From Eledone cirrhosa (lineage: Eukaryota): DNA of 64,000 nt. Both the position numbers and the translations under genes were made by a program. This document shows positions 60,159 to 64,000 of this stretch, one piece after another. A model generated the notes under the pieces. It saw only the letters and a list, made by a program, of their open reading frames with translations, was not told the DNA's origin and made no database searches. The stretch lies in the NCBI GenBank assembly GCA_964016885.1, contig OZ024747.1, forward strand, positions 89,652,001 to 89,716,000, in the 5' to 3' direction. Every line of letters starts with the position of its first letter. The stretch's first letter is position 1.

Positions 60159-61055
60159 TATGTATATATATATGTATGTATATATATATATATATGTATA
60201 TATATATGTATGTGTATGTATATATGTATGTGTATGTGTATGTATATATGTATGTGTATGTGTATATATATGTATGTGTATGTATGTTATATGTATGTGT
60301 ATGTATATATATATGTATGTGTATGTATATATATATGTATGTGTATGTATATATATATATGTATGTGTATGTATATATATATGTATGTGTATGTATATAT
60401 ATATATGTATGTGTATGTATATATATATGTATGTGTATGTATATATGTATGTGTATGTATATATGTATGTGTATGTATATATGTATGTGTATGTATATAT
60501 GTATGTGTATGTATATATGTGTATGTGTATATATATGTATGTGTATGTGTATATATATGTATGTGTATGTGTATGTATATATATATGTATGTGTATGTAT
60601 ATATATATGTATGTGTATGTATATATGTATGTGTATGTATATATATATATGTATGTGTATGTATATATATATGTATGTGTATGTATATATATATGTATGT
60701 GTATGTATATATATATGTATGTGTATGTATATATATATATGTATGTGTATGTATATATATATATGTATGTGTATGTGTATATATATATGTATGTATATAT
60801 ATATATGTATGTGTATGTATATATATATATATGTATGTATATATATATATATGTGTATGTATATATATATATGTATGTGTATGTATATATATGTATGTAT
60901 ATGTATATGTATATATATATATGTATGTGTATGTATATATATATATGTATGTATATGTATATGTATATATGTATGTGTATGTATATATATATATATATGT
61001 GTATGTATATATATATATATATGTGTATGTATATATATATATATGTATGTATATG

Positions 61056-61086
<31 letters not shown>

Positions 61087-61097
61087 GTATGTATATG

Positions 61098-61130
<33 letters not shown>

Positions 61131-61218
61131 GTATGTATATGTATATATATATGTATATGTATATGTATATGTATATATATGTATGTGTATGTATATATAT
61201 ATGTATGTATATATATAT
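60159..61218. repeat. TA/TATG/TGTG compound microsatellite
   Basis: Seen directly. Confidence 0.97.
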
Positions 61219-62464
61219 TCCCATCTTGTGGTTGGCCCTTCTACCATAACAAACTTACATTCTGCCTATCCACACACATATATTTATTCATTCATTTAAA
61301 ACAGATACTTTAAAACATTGTTTCTTAAATTTGTGTATTTTTGCTCATCAAACAGCAGATGCTGGATACTTTTTTACCTGAATTTTGTAAATTTGAATGT
61401 GTTTCTGTGTGTGTGTTTAAAAGTATGTGTTTACATGTGTATGTATCACACATATACTTTTGAATCTGTGTATCAGTATTTATGCTAAAGTATGGCTTAT
61501 AAAATATTCAAGATTTTCCAAATTTTTCTGATTTTGAAAATTGTGTCTCTTCTGGCAATTAGTAAATAATTAAAAGCAAAGTTATCCACTAGAATTCAAG
61601 TAGACTTGGTTTATAGATCTTTATAAGGAATGTTGTGTTTATATGTATCATTTCCTAATGTTAAAGTGGACTGTAGTGTCTTGGCCAAAATTCACTTATT
61701 CTCATTTCCAATGATATACTGTTCATTTAATTAAAATATTTATGTAACATAAAGTGTCTATTTTGTTTATATGTAAACAGAAAAGGTACCCAGTCTAATT
61801 TGCCAGTTGGTAGTTTTGGTCATATAAAGTGTCTATTTTGTATATATCATCATCATCATCATTAAACGTCTATTTTCTACACTAGCAAGGGTAGTATGTG
61901 TTGTCCATTTGTGAGAGATCAGGTTGGAGGACCATGTTTTGCTCACCCAGGACTGATTTGGGCTTGGTTTCTACAGCAGGATGCCCTTCCTAACACTAAA
62001 TAATTTTACCATGTGTGAACAGAAAACATACCCAGTCTAATCTGTCAGTTGGTAGTTTTGGTGTCACGATAAAAAAAACCAAGTCCACACTATAAATGTG
62101 GTTAGCGTTAGGAAGGGCATTCAGCCATAGAAACCAAGCCAGAAACTGTTCTGTATGAGTAAGACATGGTTACCTGATTTGACTTGTCTCAGAATGGGAC
62201 AACTCATATAACCCATGCTAGTGAGAAAAATGGACATTAAATGGTGATAATAATTATGTTTAATCTCTTTAATATAACAACCAGCATTTTGCTTCTTCAC
62301 TACTAAGGCATGGGTTAACCTTGCTTGCCCCATAACAAATTTGTTTGTTTTCTCTACCATCTGCATTCCCATTAATCAACCTCTTGTTTTTCATTTCCTC
62401 CAACATCATTTTTAACCATGTCTTTCTTTGTCTTCCCTTTCCCCTACTTCCTTCCGCATTCATT

Positions 62465-62803
62465 TCATCATCATTTCATTTTACGTCCGCTTTTTCCCAG
62501 CTTGCAAGGGTGGGACGGGAACTGATTCTGGCTTGATTTCTACAGCTGGATGCCCTTCCTAACACCAACCTCATTTACAGTGAGTGCTGGGTGCTTTTTT
62601 GCCGTGGCACCTCCACGACCACTTTGCAGTGGAATGATATAGACCCCAGTCCCTATCATCTCATTTCTACAGCTGAGTAAACTGGAGCAATGTGAAATAA
62701 AGTGTCTTGCTCAAGGAAACCACACATCACCCAGTCTGAGAATTGAACTCACAACATTTCGATTGCAAGGCCAATACTCTAACCACTAAGCCATGTGCCT
62801 CCA
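62465..62803 (-). mobile_element. Full-length SINE family D
   Basis: Near-identical to 20725-21070. Confidence 0.9.
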
Positions 62804-62953
62804 TTAATTTCCATAATTCCTCTCACCCAACCACAGTCATACTTCCTCAACACACGACTCTTTAATGGGGTTAAAATTTGTGGTAAAAAAAATGCAAATT
62901 TAAAGAAAAGATTACATTTCATAACACTTTCTTCAATTTTCCATGTTAATGTG

Positions 62954-63121
62954 CCATATTTCCCGGCGTCGATGATGCTACTTTTTTCCGAAAATAAGTC
63001 TCAAAAATCTGCCAAGTGTCCTGGAGACCGAAGGTTATTTATTAATTTTTTTCAAATTATTGGTTGTCAAAATTAGGGTGCGTCCTCGAGGATGAAGCCC
63101 CTTCGGTGCCGGGAAATATGG
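62954..63121. mobile_element. pogo/Tigger-type MITE
   Basis: TIRs ccatatttcccggc / gccgggaaatatgg; TA on the right flank. Confidence 0.75.
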
Positions 63122-63200
63122 TAAGTTATGTTTTGGTTACATATATGTTAGTAGAAAACAAAAAAAAATTGAGAAATATCTCAAATCTAGTTTGTGAATA

Positions 63201-63373
63201 CAGTGAAATTCCATTATAACAAAATTCATGGGGTATAAAAAAGATTCGTTGTAATGAAAAATTCTTTATAACGTGATAGACCAAACACATTGAGCGTGTG
63301 GCTGGGATTGAAAAAAATTTATTATACTGAAAAATTTGTTATAATGGTATTCGTTATAACGGAATTTTACCTG
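63201..63373. mobile_element. pogo/Tigger-type MITE
   Basis: TIRs cagtgaaattccattataac / gttataacggaattttacctg; TA TSD. Confidence 0.8.
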
Positions 63374-64000
63374 TATTTTATCAGTGCATCAAGGATTGTG
63401 AGCTGGTTCTTCCATTCCTTTAAATAGCTGTCCATATGAATATACACATATAGTTCATATAGTTTAACAAATGAAGACATTTTCCTGTTTTAAAGGTTGA
63501 AGGTATTCTCAACATTCTTAAGTCAAATTGCAGTGTGTAAGCAGTATTTGTAAAAGGAAACCTACTGCACTGTATGTAGTTCCATTTCTGGATGATAAAT
63601 GTTATTCATTAGATTGAATTGTACACGTTTTATGCTTATTTTTTGTAAAATTCTTTAAAATGCCAGTTCATTTTGGAAGCTTTTGTATTTGTCATTTTTA
63701 ACTGGTCTCTGGTGTCATGACTACAAAGCTTACACCACATCTGATATCTTTAGTACATTTTGTTATGATTCTAGTCAATTTATACATTGTTAATCAACTG
63801 TTCTTAATGCCTTAACTACTACACCTTGTGCCTGCCTATAGAAACAATATTAGTCTTTAGATATCAACTGTCAAATAATTTTATTTCGAATAAACAAAAA
63901 TCAAAGAAACCAGTGAGGGTACCTCTATATAGCTCCTTGATCTACTAGAAACACCAGCCAATTCTGTCAGATCACACCCTACCATCTTAAAAAAATTAAA

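Noticed and set aside
61749-62062. Tandem duplication of about 72 bp, second copy interrupted by a SINE tail
   Set aside because: Routine local duplication.

Overview
AT-rich animal DNA made almost entirely of repeats. The SINE and microsatellite landscape resembles cephalopod (octopus-like) genomes; this is an inference. No host protein-coding exon could be supported. The long YIYI/MYVC ORFs are translations of multi-kb (TA)n/(TATG)n tracts. The window holds tRNA-derived SINEs of several families, RTE and CR1-like LINE fragments, small hAT- and pogo-type MITEs, a 33-34 bp minisatellite, and two decayed Penelope-like retroelements (PLEs; RT + GIY-YIG) with inverted pseudo-LTR arms (46226-50580, 53001-57663). 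The main signal is a dense and diverse set of minimal type I hammerhead ribozyme (HHR) motifs: 12 motifs in about 7 sequence families, several with repeated non-canonical cores (U4C; U3:A8). There are also many short fold-back palindromic inserts in TA tracts whose turn points fall on ribozyme-like stem-loops. Together these suggest a TA-targeted, HHR-carrying PLE/mini-element system that forms inverted repeats by cDNA snap-back. All structures and coordinates were read by eye and are not computed.
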